64,000 bases of DNA from an uncultured Planctomycetota bacterium (GCA_963849325.1 CAWKHF010000004.1:128001-192000); one strand, 5' to 3'. Positions 42,703 through 55,195 are shown, counted from the stretch's first letter. Numbers and translations: made by a program. The notes: generated by a model from the letters alone, not told the origin.

Positions 42703-43761
42703 TCATGCCGCTTCCGTGACGACGGCGTGCAGGGCGTCCTTGATGTTGGGCAGCTGCGGCACGGTATTCTGCTCGTACACGTGGTTCAGTCCGATGCCCG
42801 GCACGTGCTTGCCGGCCACCAGGCGCGGCCGAACCAGCAGATCGTAGAAATGTTCGTCGATGATCCGCCTCAGCAGGTGTTCGCCGTAGTTGGTCACTTC
42901 CGTGTCCTCGTTGACGATCAGCAGCCGGCCGGTCTTCTGGACGCTGGTGCTGATGGCCTTCCAATCGTAGGGGAAGATGCTGCGCAGGTCGAGCACGTCG
43001 CAGCGGCGGCCGGTCTCCTCCGCCAACTCGTCGGCCGCCTGCACGCATAGGGGTAGGGTCCGGCCATAGCTGACGACCGTGACGTCGGCTCCCTCGCGGA
43101 CCAGCGACGCCACGCCGATCGGCACATAATGGGGTCGTAGGTCCGGCCAGCGCGGCTGCCAGCCGGCGCGGTCGCCGACCGGGGCGTCGATGCGCTCCTT
43201 CAACTCCTGCTCGCTGTCCGGCTCGCCGGGGATCTTGTGTTCGCCGCGCATGCGCAGCAGTGCCTTGGGCAGCAGCACGAGCACCGGGTTGGGATCGATG
43301 ATGGCCGACAGCATCAGCCCGTAGGCGTCGAGCGGATTGCTGGGCATGACGATCTTCCAGCCAGCCAGCCGGCTCGCCCAGCTCTCGAAGGAGTGCGAGT
43401 GGTACAGGCTGCCGCGGATGCCCGAGCCGCTCGGCGTCATGAGCACAAGGGGCATCTCGTAGTTGCCGGTGCTGGCCCAGCGCTGGTTGCCGGCCACTTT
43501 GAGCAGGTCGATCGTGTTAAAGCCGTAATCGCAGAACTGGATCTCGGCGACCGGCCGACCGCCGGCATAGGCGATGCCCATCGCCGTGCCGATAATGCCG
43601 CGCTCGTCCAGAGGCGAGTTCCACGCCGTCTTGAGTCCCTGCGTGGCCGTGAAGACGCCGCCCAGCGGCGGACCCACGTCCTCGCCGAAAACGTCGGTGA
43701 CGCCGAGATGTTCCTCGCCGTAGTGCAGGGCCAGACGGACGGCTTGAACCAGCGTGGCCAT
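42703..43761 (-). CDS. 2-oxoacid dehydrogenase E1 beta subunit
   Basis: FGEDVG, GGVFTATQGL, EIQFCDY, HSHS, LDLRSI. Confidence 0.95.
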   Translation of the reverse strand: MATLVQAVRLALHYGEEHLGVTDVFGEDVGPPLGGVFTATQGLKTAWNSPLDERGIIGTAMGIAYAGGRPVAEIQFCDYGFNTIDLLKVAGNQRWASTGNYEMPLVLMTPSGSGIRGSLYHSHSFESWASRLAGWKIVMPSNPLDAYGLMLSAIIDPNPVLVLLPKALLRMRGEHKIPGEPDSEQELKERIDAPVGDRAGWQPRWPDLRPHYVPIGVASLVREGADVTVVSYGRTLPLCVQAADELAEETGRRCDVLDLRSIFPYDWKAISTSVQKTGRLLIVNEDTEVTNYGEHLLRRIIDEHFYDLLVRPRLVAGKHVPGIGLNHVYEQNTVPQLPNIKDALHAVVTEAA

Positions 43762-43863
43762 CAAACCCTCGATCCAAGTTTAGCCGCGATGCGCAGCGGA
43801 GCGCGAGTCTTCCCCGCGCTCCGCTGCGCGTCGCGGCTAAACGAAGTTATTCCTCGACGCCCT

Positions 43864-44949
43864 CTAAACGCCCGGTAATCCCGTGTAATCTTCCGGATAA
43901 ACCACGTCAACCGGGCTGGGCGCGTAGGTGTGTCTCTCCACGTCTGACGGCTGCGGCATCGGCTCGTTGAGCACCTGCTCGACGGCGGCCTCGACTTCGG
44001 CCAGCGCCTCTTCGTGCGTATGCTCGATGGCCACCGCGTCGAGCAGACCGACGCGAGAAAGCTTCTCCTCGAACAACTCGATCGGGTCGGGTTCGCTCCG
44101 CACGCGCTGGGCGCCGCTGGACGACGAGTGCCCGTAGAGGCGCGATACCTTGGCCTCGATCAGGAACGGGCGGCGCTCGTGGCGGCAGTAGTCCATGGCG
44201 CGGCGGATGGTGTGCCAGCTGGCGATGGGATCGTTGCCGTCCACCACTTCGCCGCGGATGCCGAACGCCTTGCCGCGGTCGATAATGTGCTTCTCGCCGT
44301 GCTGGCTGCACGCCGACGTCGAGATGCCCCAACCGTTGTTGGTGACGATCATCAACACCGGCAGCTCGTTACCGGGCCGGCTGCTCCAGACGAGGCAGGA
44401 GGCGAAATCGCCCTCGGCGGTGCCGGCGTCGCCGCCGGTGACGAGGGTGATGCCGTCGCCGCCGTAACGCTTCTGCACCAGGGCCGTGCCCGGCGCCATG
44501 AGGTACTGCACCTCGACGACGGAGGTGACGGGGATGACGTTCCAATCGCGGTGGGCGAAGTGGCCGACGAAGTTGCGGCCCATCGAGTGGGTGTCGGTCG
44601 CGGTCATGGCCATTTGCCGAATGCTTTCCAGCAGAGGCATGCCCATGGCGATCAGAGTGGCGCTGTTGCGATAGTGCAGGTGAAGGTAGTCGAAGGCGGG
44701 GCCGTGACCTTTTTGGACTTGCAGACCCAGGCAGGTGTTGAACGCTTCCTCGCCCGGCCCTCCGATCCAGAAATACCCCTGTCCCGATTTGCTCATCTTG
44801 ATCATCCGCTCTTCCATGGTCCGCGTGCGAACCATGAGGCGGTAGATGTCCAGGCAGCGCTCAGCGGGCAGCGCTCTGCGCCCGCTGTATACATCAGGAG
44901 CGAGCAGGCTGACCCCCTCGTCCCCGAAGGAATTGCTTTCATTCGGCAT
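43864..44949 (-). CDS. 2-oxoacid dehydrogenase E1 alpha subunit
   Basis: GDAGTAEGDF...NNGWGIS ThDP motif; RLYGHSSS. Confidence 0.95.
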   Translation of the reverse strand: MPNESNSFGDEGVSLLAPDVYSGRRALPAERCLDIYRLMVRTRTMEERMIKMSKSGQGYFWIGGPGEEAFNTCLGLQVQKGHGPAFDYLHLHYRNSATLIAMGMPLLESIRQMAMTATDTHSMGRNFVGHFAHRDWNVIPVTSVVEVQYLMAPGTALVQKRYGGDGITLVTGGDAGTAEGDFASCLVWSSRPGNELPVLMIVTNNGWGISTSACSQHGEKHIIDRGKAFGIRGEVVDGNDPIASWHTIRRAMDYCRHERRPFLIEAKVSRLYGHSSSSGAQRVRSEPDPIELFEEKLSRVGLLDAVAIEHTHEEALAEVEAAVEQVLNEPMPQPSDVERHTYAPSPVDVVYPEDYTGLPGV

Positions 44950-45238
44950 GCCGCGTCTCCTCCTCGGAGGACTGTTGTGTCCCGCGTCGTCGGCCGTCCC
45001 GTTCCGGAGGGCGCGGCCGACAGAGGCGGGGGCGAAAGTTCCTGGGGCCATCCATGCCGGGGAGGGGCCTCTTTCCTATTTTACGCTTCTCGCATTGCGC
45101 AGCGGTAGACCGGCTGCGGGATACCGCTTCTTCTTTCCCCATATCGGCCGGTGACGATATTGGCAATTCCATTTTTTTTCACCAACGGTAGTTGACGACG
45201 GGGAGGAAGGGAAAGTCTGGGATGCCTGGACAGATTGC

Positions 45239-46614
45239 TCAGGTCGGCGGAGCCGCGTTTGGTCGTGGTCCTCTCTCTTCCGATGGAAGGTTGACGGACG
45301 CGCTCGCCACGGCCAGGACGGCGGATGGCGGCAGCAGGGGCCGTGCCGGCTCGGCGTACAATCCCAGGGCCGGCACCGAAACCAACTCCTTCTCGGGATA
45401 GCGCAGCGCCGTCAGCCGACCGCCGAAGACGCAGCCGGTATCGATGTTGATGGTGTTGTGGAGCCATTCCGGTTGGGCCACCGGCGTGTGGCCGTAGACG
45501 ACCATCGCCGGGCCGCGATAGTCCGCCGCCCAGTTGAGCCGAACCGGCAGGCCTGCGTCGTCCGTCGCGCCCGTCGTGTCGCCGTAGAGGGCGAATGCGC
45601 GCACCCGAGCCGAGTCGCGGCCTTGCAGTTCCTCCTTCAGACCGGCGTGAGCGACCACCAGCTTGCCGTCATCGAGGACGTAATGACTGGGCAAGCCGTC
45701 GAGGAACGTCCCCACGCGCTCCTGGAACGTCTCGGGTTCCGCCCCCAGCTGGGTCAGCGATTCGGCCAGCCCCTGGCTGATCTTCACGTCGCGGCCCTTG
45801 AGCTTGCGCAGCAGCTTGTCGTCGTGGTTGCCAATGACGCACAGGGCGTCGCCGGCCGCCACCATGCCCATGACCAGGCGGAGCACGGCCGGGATGTTTG
45901 GGCCGCGATCGACCAAATCGCCGACGAAGACTGCCTTGCGCCCTGCGGCGGCCGCACCGCGAAGTCCGGTCGCCCCTCGGCATCCGCTCGCGCCGCGACC
46001 TCGTAGCCGAGCACATGCAAGAGCGCTGTCAGCTCCTCGAAGCAGCCGTGTACGTCGCCGAGGAGATCGAACGGCCCGTGCTCCTCGCGGCGGTCGATGC
46101 CCAGCCGCCGGCGCTCGATGACGAGCGAAGCGACTTCCTCTGCCGAGGATAGGACGGAGACGGAATGAAAGCCTTCCTTTTCCAAACTCTCCATCGCTTG
46201 GCGCAGCAGCTGCGCGTGTCCCTGGATCACCTGCGAGCCGACCTGCCGGCCGTGGCGCTGCCGGTCGTAGTCCTGGCATACGTCCTCGGGCAGATTGAAG
46301 ACGATGGCTGCGGTCAGGTAGTGATAGCGCTTGGCCACGGCGAGGAGCTGCTTGCGCGCCTCGGCCTTGAGGTTGGTCGCATCGATGACGGTGAGCCGCC
46401 GGCGGGCCAGCCGTTTCTCCGCGGCCAGGTGTAGCAGCTCGAAGGCATCGCGACTGGCCGACTGATCGCTCTCATCGTCGCTGACCATGCCGCGGAAGAA
46501 GTCGGAGGATAGGATCTCCGTTGGCTGGAAGTGCCGGCGTGCGAAGGTGGACTTACCGCAGCCGGAGGGACCGACCAGGGCGACGAGCGACGGTTCGAGG
46601 ATGGTCAGTAGCAT
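45239..46614 (-). CDS. Polynucleotide kinase-phosphatase (kinase + metallophosphoesterase, no ligase domain; one frameshift)
   Basis: GPSGCGKST, IDATN, GDVHGC, GDLVDRGP, GNHD, YGHTP, IDTGCVFGG. Confidence 0.85.
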
Positions 46615-46691
46615 GGGCGTTTCCCTCCATTGCGGGGAGAGACACCGAAGCGGCCGCAGATGTTCGCTGCCGGCGGTTTCGCGGTCGGGAT

Positions 46692-47256
46692 TCAGGGACT
46701 CTTCTTCGTTCGGCGCGTCAATTTGACGTTCCACTCCACGCGCTCCTTCGTGCCGCGCACTCGATGGACATAGTGATACGGATGACCGTCTTTCGGGTCG
46801 AATCGCGCTGTGGCGAAGTTGGGTCGCTGGGCCGTCTCGTCACGCCTTAGCGCCGCCTCGATCTCGTCGAGCAGCGCCGGCACCCCATAATGCCCCGGAT
46901 CATCCGACGACAGCGCCAGCAAACCCGCTCCCGCGACGATCGCCAGCGACGGATCGAGATAAACGACCTCGCCAGTGTCCACGACGAGCACCACGCGGCC
47001 GGAGCGGACCCCCACGAGATATTCCTGCTCCCCGGCCGGACTGCCCTCCTGCTCGCTCTTGACTAGGTATTCCAGATCGTAGTCGGCCGGCGCGTTCTCG
47101 CCAGAGTCGCCGGGCCTCCGCCAGCTGCTCGGGCTTCAGCTGGATGCTGAGGTTGTAGACGATGGGCACGACGACCGCCGCCGCGGCCAGAACGGCCAGC
47201 ACCAGGAAAAAACCCATCCAGCGCCGCGATCGGGGGCGAGAGGAGGGAGGTGTCAT
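46692..47256 (-). CDS. Membrane-anchored hypothetical protein (frameshifted)
   Basis: N-terminal TM; ARFDPKDGHPYHYVHRV near the C-terminus. Confidence 0.5.
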
Positions 47257-47279
47257 GCACAGGTTCATCCGCAGCTGGC

Positions 47280-48538
47280 TTAGGGCACCTTGAGGCGCTC
47301 GGCGAAGGTCTCGGGCAGCTCGGCCTTGGCGATGACGACGACGCCCTGCTCGGTGACCGTGAAGCCGCGCTGCCGGTCGTGTTCCAGGTCGTAGCCGATG
47401 GTCGTGTTCTGCGGGATCTTCACGTCCTTGTCGATGATGGCCCGGCGAATGCGGCAGTGCCGGCCGACGTCGACGCCGTCGAACAGGATCGACGACTCGA
47501 CCACGGCGAAGCTGTTGACGCGGACGTTGGGCGACAGGATGCTGCGGCGGACGTGGCCGCCGCTGATGATGCAGCCCTGGCAGACCATGCTGTCGTGGGC
47601 CTCGCCGCGGCGAGCGTGATCGCCGACGCCGTCGTCGAAGACGAACTTCGGCGGCGGCAACTGCGGCTGATAGCGTGCGGATCGGCCATTCGCGGTCGTA
47701 CAGGTTCAGCACCGGATCGATGTCGATGAGGTCCATGTTGGCCTGGTAGTAGGCGTCGAGCGTGCCCACGTCGCGCCAGTACGGCACCGCCTTGCGGTTC
47801 TGGTCGCGGAAGCGGTAGGCGAAGACGCGGTGCGAGTCGAGCATGCGGCGGAATGATGTTCTTGCCGAAGTCGTGGTCGCTGTCGGCTCGGGTCGCGTCC
47901 TGGCACAGCAGCTCGTACATGGTGCGGGCCGTGAACACGTAAATGCCCATCGACGCCAGGCATTGGCCGGGATCGTCCGGCAGCGTCCGGCGGCTCGTGC
48001 GGCTTCTCCAGGAAGCCGACGACGCGGTCCTCCCGGTCCACGTCCATGATGCCGAAGTGGACGCCCTCCTTGCGCGGCACGGGAATGCAGCCGACGGTCA
48101 GGTCGGCGCCGCGCTCGAGGTGCGGCGCGGATCATGTCGCCGTAGTCCATCTTGTAGATGTGGTCGCCGGCCAGGATGAGGACGTAGCGCGGGTCGGCCT
48201 TCTCGATGGTGTAGATGTTCTGATAGATGGCGTCGGCGGTGCCCTTGTACCAGTTCTCGTCGATGCGCTGCTGCGGCGGCAGCACCTCGATGTACTCGTC
48301 CAGTTCGCGGCGGCAGGAAGCCCCAGCCGGCGGCGATGTGCCGGTCGAGGCTGCGGGCCTTGTACTGGGTGAGCACGAGGATGCGGCGAAGGTCGCTGTT
48401 GATGCAGTTGGACAGGGTGAAGTCGATGATGCGATACAGGCCGCCGAAGGGCACGGCCGGCTTGGCGCGGTCGCGGGTCAAGGGTTCCAGCCGCGTGCCC
48501 TTGCCGCCGGCCAGGATCAACGTCAACACGTCTCTCAC
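47280..48538 (-). CDS. glgC: Glucose-1-phosphate adenylyltransferase (several frameshifts)
   Basis: LAGGKGTRL...[52 protein letters not shown]. Confidence 0.9.
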
Positions 48539-48641
48539 AATGCCGCTCTCCTTCCCCTCACGTCCTCCCATCCTCTCCTGGATTGGTTGGTCTGCCCCTG
48601 CGATCTCCGGAGGAGCCTTCGCCGTTGATACTATCGCGTCT

Positions 48642-49718
48642 CTAGCGGCCGCTGTCCACACTGTACCGTCGCGCGCACGCCTGGACGAGCCGGTCGAGGC
48701 TAAAGTGTTCGGCGACGCGCTGACGGCCAGCCTCGCCCAAGCGCGGTCGCTCGGCGGGATCGTCCAGCAGCCAGCGCGTCTGCCGAGCCAGGGCGGCCTT
48801 GTTGTCTGGCTCGACCAGAAAGCCGGTCGCGCCGTCCACGACGACCTCGGCCAGGTCGGGACAGCGCGAGGCGACGACCGGCCGACCGGCTGCCATCGCC
48901 TCCAAGGCGGCGCCGACGCCGCCGCCGCGCAGGCTCGGCACCCAGACCACCTCCGCACGCTGCAAATAAGGGGCCGTATCGGCGCAAGGGCCGAGAAAAT
49001 GGACGTGCTCCAGGGCGTCGATGCGCCGCGCGAAGTCCTCGACGCGCGGCCGATCCGAACCGCCGCCGACGAGGAGAAGATGAACGTCGCCGTAGAAGTG
49101 GCGCAGAATGTCGAAGGCCCAGACCGCCTCACGGAAGCCCTTGTGCCATTCGATCGGCCCCAATCCCAGCACGACGCGGTCGGCAGCGGTTATGCCCGGC
49201 CATGATGCCGGCTCGGCCGCACTCGCGGGCAGCATCACGGCGGGAGCGACGACGGCGATGCGCGGGTCGGCGACACCAAGACGACGATAGCGCTCGGCCT
49301 CCGTCGCCCCAAAAGCGATAACGCCCTCCACTCGCCGCAACAGCCAGCGATCGAGCCGGCCAGGCGGCTGGGCGGCCGGCGCGGCGTCACTGACGAGCAA
49401 TCGATCCACCGCCCGGCTGCCGCTCCCTACCACCGCCCGCAGCGCCGTCGTGCCCCAGACGTGCAGCACGTCCGGCCGCATCGACCGCACCAGCCGGCGC
49501 AAGGCGACAAACGGCAGAATGTCAAACGGCCGCTTCCGGCCCAGCACTTCGACTTCGATCCCCTGCCGGCGCAGCGACTCGGCCCACGGCGAAGTCGTGC
49601 CCAGGACCACGACGCGCACACGGAAGGACTCGCGCGGCAGGCCCGCCGCCAGCAGCGTGAGTTGCCGGGCGGCGCCGCCGTAGTGCAAGCTCGGGATGAC
49701 CAAAAGGACGGTTCGCAT
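48642..49718 (-). CDS. Glycosyltransferase family 4
   Basis: [25 protein letters not shown]. Confidence 0.85.
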   Translation of the reverse strand: MRTVLLVIPSLHYGGAARQLTLLAAGLPRESFRVRVVVLGTTSPWAESLRRQGIEVEVLGRKRPFDILPFVALRRLVRSMRPDVLHVWGTTALRAVVGSGSRAVDRLLVSDAAPAAQPPGRLDRWLLRRVEGVIAFGATEAERYRRLGVADPRIAVVAPAVMLPASAAEPASWPGITAADRVVLGLGPIEWHKGFREAVWAFDILRHFYGDVHLLLVGGGSDRPRVEDFARRIDALEHVHFLGPCADTAPYLQRAEVVWVPSLRGGGVGAALEAMAAGRPVVASRCPDLAEVVVDGATGFLVEPDNKAALARQTRWLLDDPAERPRLGEAGRQRVAEHFSLDRLVQACARRYSVDSGR

Positions 49719-50012
49719 AAGGAGCTATTTCACCAAGCCGGACCTTCATGAGCCGTTCTCCAGGCACGATGAACGGAGGAGGCCGTATTGAACAGAATAA
49801 ACATGGAGGAGAAAAGGGGGAATGTCGAGCTTGAGGATAGCACCTCCTTGACGGGACGGGTAGCATTTGTTCAGATTTGAGTTGGTTAAGAGAGAAAGGC
49901 GGAGACTGACGCTTTCGTCACCGCTCTCTCTCCTATCTCCGGGCAATTATTGCAAGCAGGGGAAAGGGTTCACGGTAGGATGACAAAGGACTCGCCGAGT
50001 GGAGAGGATCGC

Positions 50013-51311
50013 ATGGCACGCACGGGACCGTCTCAACTCTGGCTTTTCCCTGCTGAAGAAGTATCTTCGGTTCGGGATGCGGCGGCTTCCACCTTTATCG
50101 ATAATATGGCTTTGCCGGTCCATCGCTGGTTCCGTTACAGCGCCGGCTTCTCCGCGGAGTGGGTGGAATCGGTACTCGCCAGCACGCGGCGGTCAGGCCC
50201 CGTCACCGTGCTCGATCCGTTCGCGGGTGCCGGCACAACGCTCCTTGCCGCGGAAAAACAGGGGGTTCCCTCCTACGGAGTGGAAGCTCATCCCTTCGTG
50301 AGGCGCATCGCCCGAGCCAAGCTGCTGTACCGCAGCGATCCCGACGCTTACCTCCGACGCGCGGGAGAGGTCAAGCGACTGGCCCCAAGTTTGCCGGCGC
50401 GTGTGGCGGACTACCCGGGCCTTATCCGCAAATGTTTCACGGATGATTCGTTGGCTTGCTTGGACCAATTACGCCGCGCCTGGGAGAAGACCGACGATCA
50501 ATCGGCCGCGTCCCAGTTGGTCTGGTTGACCGTGGTGGCGATTCTTCGTTCGGCCTCCCATGCCGGGACGGCACCGTGGCAGTACGTTTTGCCGCGCAAG
50601 ACGAAACGGTCGCCCCTACATCCTCTCGCCGCCTTTGAGGCGATGACGGCGATGATGGCCACGGACATGCGTACAGCGGGGCGTGCGGAAGGACCGACGG
50701 CAATCCTTGTCGCCTCGGATGCCCGCACCTGTGCGGGCATCCCGGATCAATGGGCCAACTTGGTAGTCACTTCGCCGCCCTACGCCAACAATTACGATTA
50801 TGCAGATGCTACCCGTCTCGAAATGTGCTTCTGCCGAGAGATCGACGGTTGGGGAGACCTGCATCGGGCCGTGCGCCGGCACTTGATTCGGTCTTGCTCG
50901 CAACACGTACCCGAACGCGCGGTGGACTTGCAGCAACTTTTGTCCGCTCCCGAATTGACGCCGATCCGCCCGGAAATCAGTCGTATCTGCGAGCAACTGG
51001 CCGCCGTGCGCCAGGAGAAAGGGGGGAAGAAGACCTATCATCTGATGGTGGCCGCCTATTTCTTCGATCTGGCTCGGGTCTGGTGCGCTCTCCGGCGCGT
51101 CTGTCAGCGGCCGTCTCGTGTTTGCTTTGTCCTCGGTGATTCCGCGCCTTATGGGGTTTACGTCCCCGTCATGGACTGGTTGGGACGCCTGGCCGTGGCC
51201 GCGGGTTTCTCGACCTTTGAATTCGAGAAAACGCGCGACCGGAATGTGAAATGGAAAAACCGCAAGCACCGCGTTCCGCTTTGCGAAGGACGTCTTTGGG
51301 TTCAAGGGTGA
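50013..51311 (+). CDS. DNA methyltransferase, probably N4-cytosine (alpha-type motif order)
   Basis: VLDPFAGAGTT precedes VTSPPY. Confidence 0.85.
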   Translation: MARTGPSQLWLFPAEEVSSVRDAAASTFIDNMALPVHRWFRYSAGFSAEWVESVLASTRRSGPVTVLDPFAGAGTTLLAAEKQGVPSYGVEAHPFVRRIARAKLLYRSDPDAYLRRAGEVKRLAPSLPARVADYPGLIRKCFTDDSLACLDQLRRAWEKTDDQSAASQLVWLTVVAILRSASHAGTAPWQYVLPRKTKRSPLHPLAAFEAMTAMMATDMRTAGRAEGPTAILVASDARTCAGIPDQWANLVVTSPPYANNYDYADATRLEMCFCREIDGWGDLHRAVRRHLIRSCSQHVPERAVDLQQLLSAPELTPIRPEISRICEQLAAVRQEKGGKKTYHLMVAAYFFDLARVWCALRRVCQRPSRVCFVLGDSAPYGVYVPVMDWLGRLAVAAGFSTFEFEKTRDRNVKWKNRKHRVPLCEGRLWVQG

Positions 51312-51315
51312 ACCG

Positions 51316-52191
51316 ATGGCGGAATCCGCAGCACACAAGTGGGGGCAAATCATCGGCGAACTCCTGCAACTCTCCTTGCGGGAGGAGTTGCAAAAGGTGG
51401 CCGACCGTCATCAACTCTACCTCGACTACCAGAGAGACCGCCCCGCTCGGAAAGGCTCCCGAGTATCTTGGCAAGACCGCTACGGCAACAGCCACGATTT
51501 GGATTACGTGTTCGAGAGAGGGGGGACAGACACGGTGATCGGACAGCCCGCCGCGCTCATCGAGGTGGCCTGGAGACGATACACGAAGCACTCGAAAAAC
51601 AAGGCGCAAGAGATACAGGGTGCCGTCCTGGCCCTGGCCGAGACGTACAGTCATTTTCGTCCGTTCCTCGGCATCGTCTTGGCTGGCGAGTTCACCCGCA
51701 ATGCCTTGGCCCAACTTCGCTCCCACGCCTTCAGCGTCTTCCACATTTCCTACGCCGAGATCATGAATGCGTTCGCATCGCTTGGGATTGATGCCACCTA
51801 CGATGAAAGCACTCCCGAGCGTCGATTTCGAGAGAAGATCAAGCAGTACCAGGCGCTTTCGTCGTCTCAGATCGCCAAGCTCAAACAGGCTCTGCTCGTT
51901 TCTCCCCACCCCGACCAATCGCCGCTGAAATCGTTCCTGGAAACGCTCGATGCGTCCCTGGCACGCCGCATCGTGGGCATCACCGTCCTGGTCCTCCACG
52001 GGGAAGCTCAACAAATCGCCACCGTTACCGAAGCGATCAACTATCTCCAATCTTACGACGACGCTCGGCATAGTACGGGTCCGGCAGCCCGGTATGAGAT
52101 CGACGTGCGCTACAACAACGGCGATGTGATCCACGGCATCTTTCAGGCCAAGGATGCTGCAATTGGCTTCCTCCGCCGCTCGACCGTGTGA
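51316..52191 (+). CDS. Putative type II restriction endonuclease
   Basis: Starts 5 nt after the MTase; HDLDYVFE...LIEVAWRRYTKHSKNK is PD-(D/E)xK-like. Confidence 0.6.
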   Translation: MAESAAHKWGQIIGELLQLSLREELQKVADRHQLYLDYQRDRPARKGSRVSWQDRYGNSHDLDYVFERGGTDTVIGQPAALIEVAWRRYTKHSKNKAQEIQGAVLALAETYSHFRPFLGIVLAGEFTRNALAQLRSHAFSVFHISYAEIMNAFASLGIDATYDESTPERRFREKIKQYQALSSSQIAKLKQALLVSPHPDQSPLKSFLETLDASLARRIVGITVLVLHGEAQQIATVTEAINYLQSYDDARHSTGPAARYEIDVRYNNGDVIHGIFQAKDAAIGFLRRSTV

Positions 52192-52278
52192 TCCGTTGCC
52201 GTCTCTCCTTCTCGCTCCGACAATATCCCTGGTGAACTAGATGCTCGGTCGGGTCCGCCCGGGAGAAAGGGCCTCATC

Positions 52279-54996
52279 ATGGACAAGCCGTTCGGCAGTC
52301 CGGCGCAGCTCCGCGTCGGCGATCGGGATTACACCATCTTCCGCCTCGACGCCGTGGCCCGCGTCCATCCGCGCGTGACCCGGCTGCCGTTCTCGCTGAA
52401 AGTCCTGCTCGAAAACCTTCTCCGCTGTCAGGATGGCCTGACCGTTCGTCCCGAGGACATCACGGCGCTGGCCAGCTGGGAGCCGAAGGCGCAGCCGAGC
52501 AAGGAAATCGCCTTCATGCCGGCCCGCGTGCTGTTGCAGGACTTCACCGGCGTGCCGGCCGTCGTCGATCTGGCCGCCATGCGCGACGCCATGAAGCAGA
52601 TGGGCGGCGACCCCAAGCGCATCAACCCGCTGCTGCCGGCCGAGCTGGTCATCGATCATTCCGTGCAGGTGGACGACTTCGGCAGCTCGTTGGCCTTCCG
52701 CACCAATGCCGACATGGAATTCCAGCGCAACCGCGAGCGCTACGCCTTCCTGCGCTGGGGCCAGAAGGCGTTTCGCAATTTCAAGGTCGTGCCGCCGGAC
52801 ACCGGGATCTGCCATCAGGTCAATCTCGAGTACCTGGCCCGCGTTGTCTTCGTCAACGAAGAGACGAAAACGGCCTATCCCGATACGCTGGTCGGCACCG
52901 ATTCGCACACGACGATGATTAACGGCCTGGGCGTGCTCGGCTGGGGCGTCGGCGGCATCGAGGCGGAAGCCGCCATGCTCGGACAGCCGCTGTCCATGCT
53001 CATTCCCGAAGTAGTCGGCTTCAAGCTGACCGGGCAACTCCGCGAGGGAGCGACCGCCACGGACCTCGTGCTGACCGTGACCCAGATGCTGCGAAAGAAG
53101 GGCGTGGTTGGCAAGTTCGTCGAGTTTTACGGTTCCGGCCTGGCTGGTCTGCCGCTGGCCGATCGCGCCACCATCGCCAACATGGCGCCGGAGTATGGCG
53201 CCACCTGCGGCATCTTCCCCGTGGACGCCGAGACGCTGAAGTATCTGCGCTTCACCGGCCGGCCCGACCCGCTCGTCCAACTCGTCGAGGCGTACACCAA
53301 GGAGCAAGGGCTGTTTCACACGCCGGACACGGCGGAGGCGATGTACTCCGATACGCTGGAGCTGGACCTCGGCATGGTCGAGCCGAGCCTCGCTGGACCT
53401 GAGCGCCCGCAGGACCGCGTTGCCCTGGGCGAGGTCAAGCAATCCTTTGCGAAGGAGCTACCCGGTCTCTTGAGCAAGGCCAAGGGCAAGACGGGAGCCG
53501 CCCCGGCCGCGGGCGCCGGTGCGGCCGTGAAGGTCGCGCTCGGCAAGGACAGCGCCGAGCTGCACCACGGCTCCATCGTCATCGCCGCCATCACCAGCTG
53601 CACCAACACCTCGAATCCGTCGGTCATGCTCGCCGCCGGCCTGCTGGCCAAGAAGGCCGTCGAGAAGGGCTTGCAGACCAAACCGTGGGTCAAGACGAGC
53701 CTGGCTCCCGGCTCAAAAGTGGTCACGGACTACCTCGCCGAGTCAGGCCTGATGCGTTATTTGGAACAATTGCGATTTCATTTAGTCGGGTATGGTTGTA
53801 CCACGTGTATCGGGAATTCCGGCCCGCTGCCGCCGGCGATCTCGCACGGCATCGACGAGGGCAACCTGGTCGTCGCCGCCGTGCTGTCGGGCAATCGCAA
53901 TTTCGAGGGCCGTATCCATCCCGAGGTGCGGGCCAATTACCTCGCCTCGCCGCCGCTGGTCGTCGCCTTCGCCCTGGCCGGCCGCATCGACACCGACCTG
54001 CACACCGAACCGCTCGGCCACGATGCCAAGGGACAGCCCGTCTTCCTCAAGGACATCTGGCCCAGCCGCATGGAAGTCGAGGAGGCGATCCGCTCCTCGG
54101 TGCATTCGGAGATGTTTCACAAGGAATACGGCGAGGTCTTCCAGGGCGACGAGCACTGGCGCGGCATGCCGACGCCGGAGGGCGATCAATTCGCCTGGGA
54201 TCCCCATTCCACCTACGTCAAGCATCCGCCGTACTTCGTGGACATGAAGCCGCGACCGGAACCGGTGCGCGACATCCAGGGCGCCCGCGTCCTGGCCGTG
54301 CTCGGCGACAGCATCACGACCGACCACATCTCGCCGGCCGGCTCGATCAAGCCGCAAGGACCGGCGGGACAGTACCTCGTCAGTCACGGCATCGCGGTAC
54401 AGGACTTCAACTCCTTCGGCTCGCGGCGCGGCAATCACGAAGTCATGGTGCGCGGCACCTTCGCCAACGTCCGACTCAAGAACCTGCTGGCACCCGGCAC
54501 GGAAGGCGGCGTCACCCGCCACCTGCCCGACGGAGCGCAGATGTCGATTTACGATGCCTCGGTGAAGTATCACGAGGAAAAGGTGCCGTTGTTGGTGCTG
54601 GCCGGCAAGGAGTACGGTTCCGGCTCGTCGCGCGATTGGGCCGCCAAGGGGACGCTGCTGCTGGGCATCCGCGCCGTCCTCGCCGAGAGTTACGAACGCA
54701 TCCACCGCTCCAACCTCGTCGGCATGGGCATCCTGCCGTTACAGTTCCGCGACGGCGAAAGCGTCGCCAGCCTCGGCTTGACCGGCGAGGAAGTCTACGA
54801 CCTGGAAGGTCTGTCCCCGTTGTTGGAGAGCGGCCTGGCCGGTGGACGGGAGATCAACGTCAAGGCCCGCGGCGCCGACGGCAAGGAACACGCCTTCCGG
54901 GCCGTGGTCCGCATCGACACACCGCAGGAAGTGCGCTACTACCAACACGGCGGCATCCTGCAGTACGTGCTGCGCCAGCTATTGGCCCCGAAGTGA
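52279..54996 (+). CDS. acnA: Aconitate hydratase A
   Basis: [39 protein letters not shown]; intact 905 aa. Confidence 0.98.
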   Translation: MDKPFGSPAQLRVGDRDYTIFRLDAVARVHPRVTRLPFSLKVLLENLLRCQDGLTVRPEDITALASWEPKAQPSKEIAFMPARVLLQDFTGVPAVVDLAAMRDAMKQMGGDPKRINPLLPAELVIDHSVQVDDFGSSLAFRTNADMEFQRNRERYAFLRWGQKAFRNFKVVPPDTGICHQVNLEYLARVVFVNEETKTAYPDTLVGTDSHTTMINGLGVLGWGVGGIEAEAAMLGQPLSMLIPEVVGFKLTGQLREGATATDLVLTVTQMLRKKGVVGKFVEFYGSGLAGLPLADRATIANMAPEYGATCGIFPVDAETLKYLRFTGRPDPLVQLVEAYTKEQGLFHTPDTAEAMYSDTLELDLGMVEPSLAGPERPQDRVALGEVKQSFAKELPGLLSKAKGKTGAAPAAGAGAAVKVALGKDSAELHHGSIVIAAITSCTNTSNPSVMLAAGLLAKKAVEKGLQTKPWVKTSLAPGSKVVTDYLAESGLMRYLEQLRFHLVGYGCTTCIGNSGPLPPAISHGIDEGNLVVAAVLSGNRNFEGRIHPEVRANYLASPPLVVAFALAGRIDTDLHTEPLGHDAKGQPVFLKDIWPSRMEVEEAIRSSVHSEMFHKEYGEVFQGDEHWRGMPTPEGDQFAWDPHSTYVKHPPYFVDMKPRPEPVRDIQGARVLAVLGDSITTDHISPAGSIKPQGPAGQYLVSHGIAVQDFNSFGSRRGNHEVMVRGTFANVRLKNLLAPGTEGGVTRHLPDGAQMSIYDASVKYHEEKVPLLVLAGKEYGSGSSRDWAAKGTLLLGIRAVLAESYERIHRSNLVGMGILPLQFRDGESVASLGLTGEEVYDLEGLSPLLESGLAGGREINVKARGADGKEHAFRAVVRIDTPQEVRYYQHGGILQYVLRQLLAPK

Positions 54997-55015
54997 CGGC
55001 GACGAACGGATACCG

Positions 55016-55195
55016 TCAGCGGAGCGGCCTCATGCGGAGCCGCGACGTGATCATCCGCGAATGGGAGCGATAGCGGAGCAATTTCAAGCCGGCCTGTCGG
55101 ATGCGCGGAGGAAACGCGACGCAGGCAACGATCAACACGAGCACGTAGACCACGAACACATACATCAGCCAATGCGACAGGATCACATTCAACAT
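55016..55195 (-). CDS. Small single-TM protein
   Basis: AAGGAG RBS; MLNVILSHWLMYVFVVYVLVLIVACVAFPP. Confidence 0.45.
   Translation of the reverse strand: MLNVILSHWLMYVFVVYVLVLIVACVAFPPRIRQAGLKLLRYRSHSRMITSRLRMRPLR

Noticed and set aside
47280-48538. Programmed frameshifting in glgC and other split genes
   Set aside because: Multiple scattered shifts without evident slippery sites; sequencing error is more parsimonious.
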